A program made the translations under genes and the position numbers. This document shows, piece after piece, positions 46,094 to 54,815 of a DNA stretch of 64,000 nucleotides; position 1 is the first letter of the stretch; each line of letters opens with the position of its first letter. The notes under the pieces are model-generated. The model saw only the letters and a list, made by a program, of their open reading frames with translations. It was not told the origin of the DNA and did no database searches. The DNA is from a virus (Duplodnaviria > Caudoviricetes): IMG/VR virus record IMGVR_UViG_3300037466_001335, positions 1 through 64,000 of that record; one strand, given 5' to 3'.

Positions 46094-46328
46094 GAATGAA
46101 CTGATGGACTACTGCTGGAGCAGAGACTTTGGCTACACAGAAGTTCTTAACATTGCTTGCCGTTCGAACAGTACGGACATTCCTACGAAAGAGGAATACG
46201 CCAAGTATTCCCATGAGGCATTCGAAAGCATGCTTAGTTGGCTGGATCAGCAGTATGAGGACAGCCGCACGGAAGAACAGCGCGCGAAGGATGAACTAGG
46301 GTTTCCAATGGAGGATCGGGGGCGATGA
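46086..46328 (+). CDS. Hypothetical protein
   Basis: GAGGAG RBS. Confidence 0.6.
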   Translation: MTKNELMDYCWSRDFGYTEVLNIACRSNSTDIPTKEEYAKYSHEAFESMLSWLDQQYEDSRTEEQRAKDELGFPMEDRGR

Positions 46329-46485
46329 ACTACTGCGGTGATACTGACGAAGACTGCACTGCTAACGAAGTATTTTCCAAGCTCGTCAGCGAAGACGAAC
46401 TGAATTTGACACAAAAGTTCATTGCACAAGACTACTTCAAATGGGGCTGGGAAGCTGCATTAGAGTGGGTCAAGAAAGTTGAACG

Positions 46486-46884
46486 TTGAGCACAACAGGG
46501 GCTCTTGTCCTAGTGTTACTCTTGTCGCAAGGCGCACAAGCTAGGAGTGCTGACGAACACTGCAAAGCATACACAATAATGCGTGAAGCGGGGTCTGAGA
46601 GCAAACGAAGCCGTCGTGCTGTCTTAGATGTCCTCGAAAATCGCATGCGTAAGATGCACAAGAGTTGTAAGGCCACTGTGTCGCAAGCGCATCAGTTTTC
46701 TTGGTACAAGCGTGGCATCAAGTTGAAGGTTGACAGAATTCGCTTGCAATCTTATCGAGATGTGGCTACAATGCGCCCTGTGCTGAGAAGCTGTGCAGAA
46801 TTCTTTCACAGCGGGGAGAAGCCAAGCTGGGCAAGGAAGATGAAGTTGGTGCACAAGGAAGAGAAACTTAAATTTTATTGTTAG
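46486..46884 (+). CDS. Cell wall hydrolase (SleB/Hydrolase_2-like) with hydrophobic N-terminus
   Basis: REAGSE...AVLDVLENR...VSQAHQFSWY...FF. Confidence 0.75.
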   Translation: MSTTGALVLVLLLSQGAQARSADEHCKAYTIMREAGSESKRSRRAVLDVLENRMRKMHKSCKATVSQAHQFSWYKRGIKLKVDRIRLQSYRDVATMRPVLRSCAEFFHSGEKPSWARKMKLVHKEEKLKFYC

Positions 46885-46889
46885 GAGGG

Positions 46890-47183
46890 ATGATGAAAGG
46901 TATTTACGAGTTCTTTTGGGACTGTGGCCGTATGGGCGAAGTGGGCGGTACGTTCATTGCAGACAGTAATTTGGTTGATAAAGCCATCGGTAAGCAAGTG
47001 TATTTTGGCGAGATTCTTGGCAAACACAGTGAAGTATATGGCAAACTTGACGAGAGTGACCTTGTGCTGAAGACACAAGATCAAGGCTTTATTGCCAAGT
47101 TCGAAGATATTATGGGTGAAGGTTACAGCACTAGTTACAATCCGCTGGACTATATTGAAACTGACGAAGAGGAGGATGAATGA
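46890..47183 (+). CDS. Conserved hypothetical phage protein
   Basis: FFWDCGRMGEVGG...VYFGEILGKHSEVYG. Confidence 0.7.
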   Translation: MMKGIYEFFWDCGRMGEVGGTFIADSNLVDKAIGKQVYFGEILGKHSEVYGKLDESDLVLKTQDQGFIAKFEDIMGEGYSTSYNPLDYIETDEEEDE

Positions 47184-47500
47184 CTCTTGAACAACTGAAA
47201 GCAATGCTTGACGCAGAGTGCCTGAACGAATACGGCGAAGGTTGCTATGACATCGAGAACATCGATTTTGACGATGAACACGGCCTGAAAGTAGTTGTAT
47301 CTGGCGAATGGGTGCAAGATGGTAAGTATCAATACCACGAAGAGATTGTGCAAGATAATGAAGGCAACTACTTCTGCATCAACAACAATCGCTCCGGTAG
47401 CTATCACACGGATTGGTATTACGGAGAGCCTAGTGTTTGCCAAGTGAAGCGTGTTGAGAAAGTTGTGACGAAAACACTTGTTAACTGGGAGGCTGTGTGA
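47180..47500 (+). CDS. Hypothetical protein
   Basis: Coupled ORF; RSGSYHTDWYY motif. Confidence 0.65.
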   Translation: MTLEQLKAMLDAECLNEYGEGCYDIENIDFDDEHGLKVVVSGEWVQDGKYQYHEEIVQDNEGNYFCINNNRSGSYHTDWYYGEPSVCQVKRVEKVVTKTLVNWEAV

Positions 47501-47727
47501 CAAAAATCTTCGGAATCCTCGACACAGAAACTAACGAGTTTGTGTCGTACAACAGCAAGTGTGCGTGGTCCAAAATTGGCAACGCTAAGAATGCTTTTGC
47601 GTTACATGGGAATGTCTACGATAAATTTGCAGGTTGTTTTGTGAAACCTTATTTCGATGACCAGACACGTTACGTCATCGTTGACTTGACAGAAACTTAC
47701 TATCGATTGGAAGGGCTGGAAAAATGA
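47497..47727 (+). CDS. Hypothetical protein
   Basis: Coupled ORF. Confidence 0.55.
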   Translation: MTKIFGILDTETNEFVSYNSKCAWSKIGNAKNAFALHGNVYDKFAGCFVKPYFDDQTRYVIVDLTETYYRLEGLEK

Positions 47728-47945
47728 AGACTTACGTAGAGGTGGCTTGCACTATTTACAAAACTGCACTTGTGGAAGTTGAGCATGAACGAGACACAAG
47801 TGAAGCAGAAGTTCTTGACATCGCAATGACCGTTGCCAGGGATGAATACTCGGCAGATGACGTTGAAATTGTGGGGATTGACTACACTAAACCGACTAAG
47901 AATAATATGGCAAAGTATGATGACTTTTTGGAGGTAAACGAATGA
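47724..47945 (+). CDS. Hypothetical protein
   Basis: Coupled ORF. Confidence 0.55.
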   Translation: MKTYVEVACTIYKTALVEVEHERDTSEAEVLDIAMTVARDEYSADDVEIVGIDYTKPTKNNMAKYDDFLEVNE

Positions 47946-48145
47946 ACGACGAAATGATGAAGCGCTTTGACGAGAGAATGCAAGAGAAAAAGGCTAATCA
48001 GCCCAAGCTGCACGATTTCACGGCTGAGTTTCGGATTGGGATTAAGGCAAAAGACGAAGAAACGGCACAAGGCACTGTGAAGATTATTGAGCAGATGCTT
48101 ACGCGGTTTGAGGATATTGGATTTGTGGAGGGGAAGTTGAAATGA
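47942..48145 (+). CDS. Hypothetical protein
   Basis: Coupled ORF. Confidence 0.55.
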   Translation: MNDEMMKRFDERMQEKKANQPKLHDFTAEFRIGIKAKDEETAQGTVKIIEQMLTRFEDIGFVEGKLK

Positions 48146-48287
48146 TTGTCATGATGATATTGTACGCCATTCTTGGATTTGTGTTGACTTGTGCAGGTGT
48201 CAGCACGCCTTATCTTGCCGGTGTAGTCGCAGTCGTTGCTTGCATTGACGTGTGGTCACATATCTGTGCTAAGACGGGGAAGATTAA

Positions 48288-48524
48288 ATGACTGACGACG
48301 AACGCAACTTTATTATCGAACTTGAGGCTTTGTCTCGCAAGTACAAAGTGCTAGTCGGCGGCTGTGGCTGCTGCGGAAGCCCTTACCTCACCAAAATTTC
48401 TGATGAATGTGAGTGGGACGAACGAGAGGGCTACACTTACGAGGATCGTCTAGATTGGCTTGAAATGGACGATTATGATTGGGATGAAATGAAGGGTAAG
48501 ATTGTTGGGAAGGAAACGAATTGA
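48288..48524 (+). CDS. Hypothetical protein
   Basis: GGCGCCGSP motif seen in phage proteins. Confidence 0.6.
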   Translation: MTDDERNFIIELEALSRKYKVLVGGCGCCGSPYLTKISDECEWDEREGYTYEDRLDWLEMDDYDWDEMKGKIVGKETN

Positions 48525-49276
48525 GCCGAGAAATTAAATACGAAGAAATTGGTGTAGAACTGATCGACTACATGGGTAGCGATCTTCGCGTATCTAACGT
48601 AGCAAAAGTCAGCTTCAATAAATGGGATGACGAGTCTGTAGAGATTAACGACAAACAGAAAGGCTTGCTGTCATATCTTGCAACTGGCTTGCCAAGCAGC
48701 GAGCGGGATGATTGGGAGAAGCGTGCTAAGGCAAGCACTCATTTCACCCCATACGGACATTGCTTTCTTACGCTGCGTTGCTCTGCCCCGATCTTCCTCG
48801 CACGCCAACTTGTAAAGCATCAGATTGGTCTGTGTTGGAATGAGGAGAGCCGTCGTTACATCACTGAAGATGTTGCACTGTGGTTGCCAGAAGCGGTGCA
48901 CAAGAAACCTGAGAATGCTAAACAGGGCGCGAGTGCTGACGTTCACGAGGATGCGATTTTTTCTTACATCGGCTACTATGGAGAGGTTTATGAAGAACCT
49001 ATGGACATGATTCGCAAGCAGGCAGAGAGTGCTGTGGAAACGTACTACAGACTGATCGAAGGTGGTGTGGCGGGTGAAGAGGCTCGCATGGTTCTCCCAT
49101 TAAACGCTGTAACACACTGGATTTGGAGCGGAAGCTTGATGGCATTTATGCGTGTTGTGAAGCAGCGCGTGGACAGTCATGCGCAAGGGGCAGCACAAGA
49201 GTTTGGACACAAGCTGCTCGCCATCCTCGAAGATAAGTTCCCTGAGAGCGTTAAAGCGTTTGAACTCTCTGCTTGA
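48521..49276 (+). CDS. thyX: FAD-dependent thymidylate synthase
   Basis: HFTPYGH, APIFLARQLVKHQIG...WNEESRRY, EEARMVLP, R...HAQ. Confidence 0.9.
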   Translation: MSREIKYEEIGVELIDYMGSDLRVSNVAKVSFNKWDDESVEINDKQKGLLSYLATGLPSSERDDWEKRAKASTHFTPYGHCFLTLRCSAPIFLARQLVKHQIGLCWNEESRRYITEDVALWLPEAVHKKPENAKQGASADVHEDAIFSYIGYYGEVYEEPMDMIRKQAESAVETYYRLIEGGVAGEEARMVLPLNAVTHWIWSGSLMAFMRVVKQRVDSHAQGAAQEFGHKLLAILEDKFPESVKAFELSA

Positions 49277-49371
49277 CTCAACATTAGTTCTCGTGTAATA
49301 TGGCCTCACGCTCACCACTGCTGATCCCAGCAGAACTTTCGAGCGTAACTTCAATAACAAAGGATATAACC

Positions 49372-49683
49372 ATGAAGAAAATTATCGCTTTCACTGCAAT
49401 GTTCTTTGCCGCTTCGGCAGCGTTCTCGCAAAGCCTGCCTGTGTCGGCGTCTTACGATGGCCGTGTGTCGTCGCCTAGTGTATCTGCTACGGCCACTGCA
49501 CAGGATGTCAGCGCACCGTACATTGGTGCTATGGATTGCTGCACAGTGTCCAATCCTGTCTCGGCTCCGCAGATGACTGCACAAGACGACAGCAGCAATT
49601 CGCTTGCAATGGCGGGCTTGGGCTTTGGCCTGTTTGGTCTAGTTGGCCTGACGAAGTTTGCTCGTCGGAAGAAGCAGAAGTAA
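49372..49683 (+). CDS. Secreted low-complexity protein with PEP-CTERM-like C-terminal anchor
   Basis: Signal peptide MKKIIAF...AFS; ends LAMAGLGFGLFGLVGLTKFARRKKQK; own promoter (TTGACT-17-TAATAT) and UUCG hairpin downstream. Confidence 0.65.
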   Translation: MKKIIAFTAMFFAASAAFSQSLPVSASYDGRVSSPSVSATATAQDVSAPYIGAMDCCTVSNPVSAPQMTAQDDSSNSLAMAGLGFGLFGLVGLTKFARRKKQK

Positions 49684-49734
49684 TTTGTAGAGAGGAGGGC
49701 TTCGGCCCTCTGTTAATTTAACTAAGGAGGGAAT

Positions 49735-49959
49735 ATGAAAAAGCTTATCGCAATCTCAGCAGTGGCTGTCGCTCTGACGGGCTGCACTTCCAAAACCGAG
49801 TACGGTGAATGTATCGGCGTCCTACAAGACAAGAAGCCTGATTTGGAATACAAACTGTCGGGGTGGAACACGTTTCTTGCAGTGGTGTTCGGCGAGACAA
49901 TTGTAGTGCCAATCATGGTTGTCGCTAACGAGCATTCCTGCCCGGTGTCAAAGAAATAA
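49735..49959 (+). CDS. Putative lipoprotein
   Basis: Lipobox LTGC after basic/hydrophobic leader; AAGGAGG RBS. Confidence 0.7.
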   Translation: MKKLIAISAVAVALTGCTSKTEYGECIGVLQDKKPDLEYKLSGWNTFLAVVFGETIVVPIMVVANEHSCPVSKK

Positions 49960-49975
49960 TCATTAAGGAGGTTGT

Positions 49976-50203
49976 ATGATTGCTGTTGCTATTATTGTAG
50001 GGCTTGTGGTATTTGTGTGGGCTGTCATTGCAGCCGTCCGTATTGAAATGGTCTATAAGTACCTTGATCGCAGGATTGATGAAGTTTATGCATCCCCAAA
50101 TTGGTATAAATATGACATCGATATTTCTGGCACTTACAACAAGGCCTTTTGGGATTATCGCAAGTGGAAATACGAAGATTTCTTCCCGGAGGCTGTAGAA
50201 TGA
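49976..50203 (+). CDS. Small membrane protein
   Basis: N-terminal hydrophobic helix; AAGGAGG RBS. Confidence 0.6.
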   Translation: MIAVAIIVGLVVFVWAVIAAVRIEMVYKYLDRRIDEVYASPNWYKYDIDISGTYNKAFWDYRKWKYEDFFPEAVE

Positions 50204-50472
50204 AAAAGGTCAAACAAGGTCACACAAAATTTAAGGTTGTAGTGTATGATCCTGGTAAAATTGAAGGTTATGATGATCGTCATGTTGCATGCGTATATAC
50301 TTGTGCCGTAACAAAAGTTCATGGACATTCAATCTACTATTCGACTGAAAGCGGCCCGTACATCGCACACGTACTATTCTGGCACAACAAGCTGTTCAGC
50401 ACTCGTCGTAAGGCTTTGCGATACGCACGACAGCAAATCGATAAAATCGACAGGGAGAACGGATACAAATGA
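50200..50472 (+). CDS. Hypothetical protein
   Basis: Start MKKVKQ coupled to previous stop. Confidence 0.55.
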   Translation: MKKVKQGHTKFKVVVYDPGKIEGYDDRHVACVYTCAVTKVHGHSIYYSTESGPYIAHVLFWHNKLFSTRRKALRYARQQIDKIDRENGYK

Positions 50473-50620
50473 AACAAGTCTTTGAAGATTTGATCTTGTA
50501 CCTAAAGCTGCAAAGCGGGAATTTCCACTACGAAGCAGAAAATGGCTCTGACGAGTTTGATCTAAGTGCGCTTTGGAGTGAGATTAGAGCGTTCAGCGCA
50601 GAATTTGAGAGGCAGATACA

Positions 50621-50833
50621 ATGAGCATCCTAGACCAAATCGAAACACAATGGCTTTCCTACATTGGGGAGACGGGACGCTCTGCAAAATATTTATTCCT
50701 TGGCTACAAGGAAATTGCGGAGTTGGATAAGGAGCTTGGCATGATTACGTTTCGGCACAAGGATATGGACGTTATTCGTGTTGACCGTGAGAGTCATGTT
50801 TCTTGTGGGAATAAATATCGGGAGGATGTATGA
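50621..50833 (+). CDS. Hypothetical protein
   Basis: GAGG RBS. Confidence 0.5.
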   Translation: MSILDQIETQWLSYIGETGRSAKYLFLGYKEIAELDKELGMITFRHKDMDVIRVDRESHVSCGNKYREDV

Positions 50834-51002
50834 ACAAGTATAAGATTCATATTGAAGATGGCTATATCACTGTGACGCTGCTTAAGGAGGAAGCTGTTCA
50901 GGCATTCTACTTTGATGCCGGGGCTGATGACATTGGCACTGCGCAGGAGTTGTATGATTTGCTTTTGAGCACAGGTGCAGATGTGGATGAGTGGGAGGGT
51001 CG

Positions 51003-51179
51003 ATGAATCTGATTGACATGTACGTTGTGGAAGTGATTGGCGAGCCTTACGAGGCTTATGGTCGGTGGCTGGTCAAAGTAAAGGCTGACGGATGGGGGCA
51101 TGTCTCGGAAAGTACTGTGATGTGCAGAACTCTGGAAGAGGCTGAGAATGTTAAGCCTGGGTTTGTTTATCAGGCATAG
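51003..51179 (+). CDS. Conserved hypothetical phage protein
   Basis: MNLIDMYVVEV...WLVKVKADGWG. Confidence 0.55.
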   Translation: MNLIDMYVVEVIGEPYEAYGRWLVKVKADGWGHVSESTVMCRTLEEAENVKPGFVYQA

Positions 51180-51187
51180 GAGGGTTG

Positions 51188-52840
51188 ATGGGTTACGAGC
51201 GAAAGGGTAAGGACTACAAAGATATGACTGAATTCGTACCAAAAGAGAAAGTGCAAGACGTGCTTGAGTATCCGTTCGTGGATATTCCGGCACGAGGGAT
51301 TCGTAAGGAAACTTGCGAAAAATTTGGCGTACGGGCTGCGTTGTCACAAAAGGACGGCAAGACTGTAGAGGCAGTGTACTTCCCTTCGTACAACCAAAAA
51401 GGCAAGCTAACAGGCTTCAAGAAACAAGACCTCACAAAAGATAAGAGCGAAACTTTTCACTGGACTACGGTAGGTAGCGTCAACATTGGTAACAAAATGT
51501 TTGGTCAAGATGTCGCGGAGAAAGTTCAGCGAAAGCGCAATAATCTTATCGCAACAGAGGGCGAATGGGACGCAATGAGCGTTTATCAAGCTTGTGTGGA
51601 TGATGTCAAGGGAACAAAGTTTGCTGGGATGGAACCCTTTGCTGTAAGTATTCCGCTAGGCACTGCTAATGCGGTAGAGTCGTTCCTTCACAATAATGAC
51701 TTTGTACACAGCTTTGAGGGCTGCACCTTCTTTTTTGATGACGACTATTGCACGCCAGCGGAGAAGAAGAAAAACATTATGAAGGGACATGAAGCACGAG
51801 AGGCTGTTGCCAACGCTCTTGTGGGTTCGTCCCTTGCAATGTTTGTACTCACACCGGGCGACGGGCACAAGGATGCATCCGACATGATGCAGGCTGGACT
51901 GTCGAAAGAGTTGGCAAAGCTTGTCTCATTTGGTAAGCGTGTCTATAGCGCCGAGAAGATTGTTAAGGCTTCTGACATCAGTTTTGACGAGCTTATCGAA
52001 GCACGAGAAGAGGGCATCTACATCGATTGCTTCCCTGGCCTGATGAAGAAGATTCATGGCTTCCGAAAGCGTGAGCTTGTTCTTGTTACGTCACCCTCCG
52101 GTGTGGGCAAATCGACTGTGACAAGCATCATCGGCAGCGGCTTGCAGAAAGCTGGTGAACGTGTCGGTATGATCTACCTTGAAGAGAACAACAAAGAAAC
52201 TCTTCAGCGCATGGTTGCGGCGGAACTGAAGGTTAACTACAACAAGTTTAAGAACAATCCGCTTAGCTGCGCAAGTCGTGAAGATATCCAAGCAGCTTAT
52301 GATAAAATTGTTGAGAACGATAGTGTTGTTATGCTAGGTCACTTTGGCTCGCTGCCTATTACGGAGCTTATGGCTAAGATTAAGCATATGCACCTTGTAG
52401 AGAAGTGTGGATATATCATTCTTGACCACCTTAGCGTTGTTATCAGCGGCTCTGACATTGCCAACGAGCGCAAGGAGCTTGACATGGTGATGACCGAGCT
52501 TGCTGCGTTCTGTGCTGCAAATGATGTTGGCATTCTTGCTGTGTCGCACATCAACCGCACTGCCGCTCAAGACTTCAAACCCCCAAAGGGTGAGGAAGAT
52601 CAACCATTTTGGGTGAAGGTGACTAAGGAAATGATGAGAGGTAGTGCGGCCCTTGAGCAGCTTAGCTGGATTATCATTGGCCTGGAGCCTCAGATTATGC
52701 CAGATCGTAGCCGTGGAAATGTTCGCACTACAGTGCTCAAGAATCGCCCATGGAGCTATCTTGGCGTCGCTGATGAGTTTTCGATTGATGAGGATACATG
52801 GGAAGTGTTGCTGGCAGATCAAGTTGTGCCGCAATTCTAA
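51188..52840 (+). CDS. T7 gp4-like DNA primase-helicase
   Basis: TOPRIM TEGEWDAMS and FDDD; SF4 helicase SPSGVGKST, IILDHL, MRGSAALEQLS, VLKNR. Confidence 0.92.
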   Translation: MGYERKGKDYKDMTEFVPKEKVQDVLEYPFVDIPARGIRKETCEKFGVRAALSQKDGKTVEAVYFPSYNQKGKLTGFKKQDLTKDKSETFHWTTVGSVNIGNKMFGQDVAEKVQRKRNNLIATEGEWDAMSVYQACVDDVKGTKFAGMEPFAVSIPLGTANAVESFLHNNDFVHSFEGCTFFFDDDYCTPAEKKKNIMKGHEAREAVANALVGSSLAMFVLTPGDGHKDASDMMQAGLSKELAKLVSFGKRVYSAEKIVKASDISFDELIEAREEGIYIDCFPGLMKKIHGFRKRELVLVTSPSGVGKSTVTSIIGSGLQKAGERVGMIYLEENNKETLQRMVAAELKVNYNKFKNNPLSCASREDIQAAYDKIVENDSVVMLGHFGSLPITELMAKIKHMHLVEKCGYIILDHLSVVISGSDIANERKELDMVMTELAAFCAANDVGILAVSHINRTAAQDFKPPKGEEDQPFWVKVTKEMMRGSAALEQLSWIIIGLEPQIMPDRSRGNVRTTVLKNRPWSYLGVADEFSIDEDTWEVLLADQVVPQF

Positions 52841-52895
52841 TTGACACAGGCGTAAATTTGCTCTACAATACGCCTAACATTCTTAAGGAGGGTAC

Positions 52896-53471
52896 ATGAA
52901 TAATATGAAGATTCGCATCGAGTCGCCAACACATTGCCACTATATGCAAGATGCCTTATTCTCAGCGGGCTATAGCTGGAGTACCACAGGCCCGAAAGAA
53001 CGTCTCGAGGCCTGTGGGAACGAAGCAGCATGGATTTTTGCATATGATGATGGTCGTTTAACTTGGGATCACGGAGCGGAGTACGGAGAGGACCATCCAA
53101 ACGATGAGTATATTTGGACGCCACAAAAGTGCTTTGTGAAACGTTCCGAGTATTACAAGCAGCCTGAGACGAGGGCTGACAAGATGGAGCAAGGTATTCT
53201 TAACAAGTATCTTCCTCATGGCAATTACTCTCAGGTATTGTTCACTACAGAAGGTGCTGTTGAACGAAAGTTTAACATTGGACAATTGACGTACGACATA
53301 CAGTTAATCTCCAAAGAAGAACATCAACGTCTTCGTAAGATGGACATTCTTCGTGCAATGTTGAAGAAGCTTGAGCAGAAGGAAGATGTGCCGGACGAGT
53401 GGCATGAGGAGTTGAATCAGTTGATGTGGGAACGGCAGAATAGTAAGCAATTTATTAAGGAGAAGAACTGA
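52896..53471 (+). CDS. Hypothetical protein
   Basis: Promoter TTGACA-17-TACAAT at 52841-52869; AAGGAGG RBS. Confidence 0.65.
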   Translation: MNNMKIRIESPTHCHYMQDALFSAGYSWSTTGPKERLEACGNEAAWIFAYDDGRLTWDHGAEYGEDHPNDEYIWTPQKCFVKRSEYYKQPETRADKMEQGILNKYLPHGNYSQVLFTTEGAVERKFNIGQLTYDIQLISKEEHQRLRKMDILRAMLKKLEQKEDVPDEWHEELNQLMWERQNSKQFIKEKN

Positions 53472-53833
53472 TGAGTGGTTATCAAGAAGCTATGGAAGCA
53501 GCAGGTGCTAAGGTGCTGGCGTTTGAAAGCTTTGGTAGTTATCAAGGCGAGTGGTTTGCAAAAGTTGATTACAATGGCGACGTTGGTTGGATTACTGGAT
53601 CGTTTGGCTCTTGCTCCTACTGCGATGCGTTTGAGGGCGAGTTCGGTTGGAGCGATTACGAACATCCGGATTATCAAGAGCGTCTAGCAGATTTCGGACG
53701 TACGTATCTTGACACAATTCTACAACAAGAAAAACAAGAAGAGCTATTGCAGTCAGCATTGGATGGGCGAGACGGCCACTGGTATTACGAAGACTATCAG
53801 GCAACTTTGGAATTTGTGAAAGGTAATCGATAA
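53471..53833 (+). CDS. Conserved hypothetical phage protein
   Basis: FGSYQGEW...GSFGSCSYCDAFE. Confidence 0.65.
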   Translation: MSGYQEAMEAAGAKVLAFESFGSYQGEWFAKVDYNGDVGWITGSFGSCSYCDAFEGEFGWSDYEHPDYQERLADFGRTYLDTILQQEKQEELLQSALDGRDGHWYYEDYQATLEFVKGNR

Positions 53834-54267
53834 TGAAAGCAGCATTGATTCAAGTTCAACTGGGCCTGAACGCCCAAGTGTTGCGAGGGCTTTATGAGGA
53901 GATTGCGAATCTGCGTAAGGCGAGGAAGCATTTTAATGAAGAAGCTGACAAGTTTGTTAAAGAGTCACTTGACCACGCTGCAAATGAAGACTTTACAAGG
54001 GCAGGAGATGTAAACCATTTGGCAGTGCAGCACAAGGAACAAGCCGCCGTCTACACGCCGTATATCAAGAAATTTGCCAAGCGTATTAAAGCGATTGAGG
54101 CTGTGCAGAAGGCTCTGAAGCAAGACTTGAAGACGGAGCAAGCGGTGGAAGCATGGCAGAATGAAGAGAGCTACGAATGGGACTTTAGCAAATCTTTGGG
54201 AGAGCAGTCTTACACCACCATGCACGGGTATATGGATAGCAATGGTAATATTGTGTGGGTGGAGTGA
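53833..54267 (+). CDS. Hypothetical coiled-coil protein
   Basis: Coupled ORF. Confidence 0.55.
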   Translation: MKAALIQVQLGLNAQVLRGLYEEIANLRKARKHFNEEADKFVKESLDHAANEDFTRAGDVNHLAVQHKEQAAVYTPYIKKFAKRIKAIEAVQKALKQDLKTEQAVEAWQNEESYEWDFSKSLGEQSYTTMHGYMDSNGNIVWVE

Positions 54268-54578
54268 TGCATTTCTTCATGTTCAGCAGTGGCGAGTATA
54301 GCGACTACTGTGTTGGCGGAATGTACATGTGCGATCATATTGTAACTGAAGAGGAGTGGCAGCAGTTTGCTAAGGATAAGCACGAGCAGATTCAAGAAGC
54401 TCGTATTAGTAGTCTCGATAAATACCGAGCACGTACTGGATTGAACACGTCAGAGTGGTACAAAAGCGACGAGTACAAGGAATATTGCAAGTATGCGGAG
54501 GAGAATAGCCCTGAAGATTTGTTCGTCAAGGCACACAACATGAAGCGTGTAGAGTACACAGAACTGTGGGAGTATTGA
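54267..54578 (+). CDS. Hypothetical protein
   Basis: FSSGEYSDY motif; TGATG coupling. Confidence 0.6.
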   Translation: MHFFMFSSGEYSDYCVGGMYMCDHIVTEEEWQQFAKDKHEQIQEARISSLDKYRARTGLNTSEWYKSDEYKEYCKYAEENSPEDLFVKAHNMKRVEYTELWEY

Positions 54579-54579
54579 T

Positions 54580-54807
54580 GTGGCTACAGTAAACATTACC
54601 GCATGGGACATCGCAGAAAAACTCGGCCTTGTATTTGTTGGCGAAATTTGGGACGACGATCTGTGTCATGCTGTGTTCAAGTACAATTTTCACGGCAAGG
54701 AGATTGTGGATGATCTGTGGTATGAGACTACAGAGGATGCTAAGAACTCTGTTGCGGAAGAGTTGCTGAGGGATATTGGGAAGTATTTGGCTGGGATTAT
54801 TGATTAG
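54580..54807 (+). CDS. Hypothetical protein
   Basis: Tandem ORF before polymerase. Confidence 0.55.
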   Translation: MATVNITAWDIAEKLGLVFVGEIWDDDLCHAVFKYNFHGKEIVDDLWYETTEDAKNSVAEELLRDIGKYLAGIID

Positions 54808-54815
54808 GGGGATGT

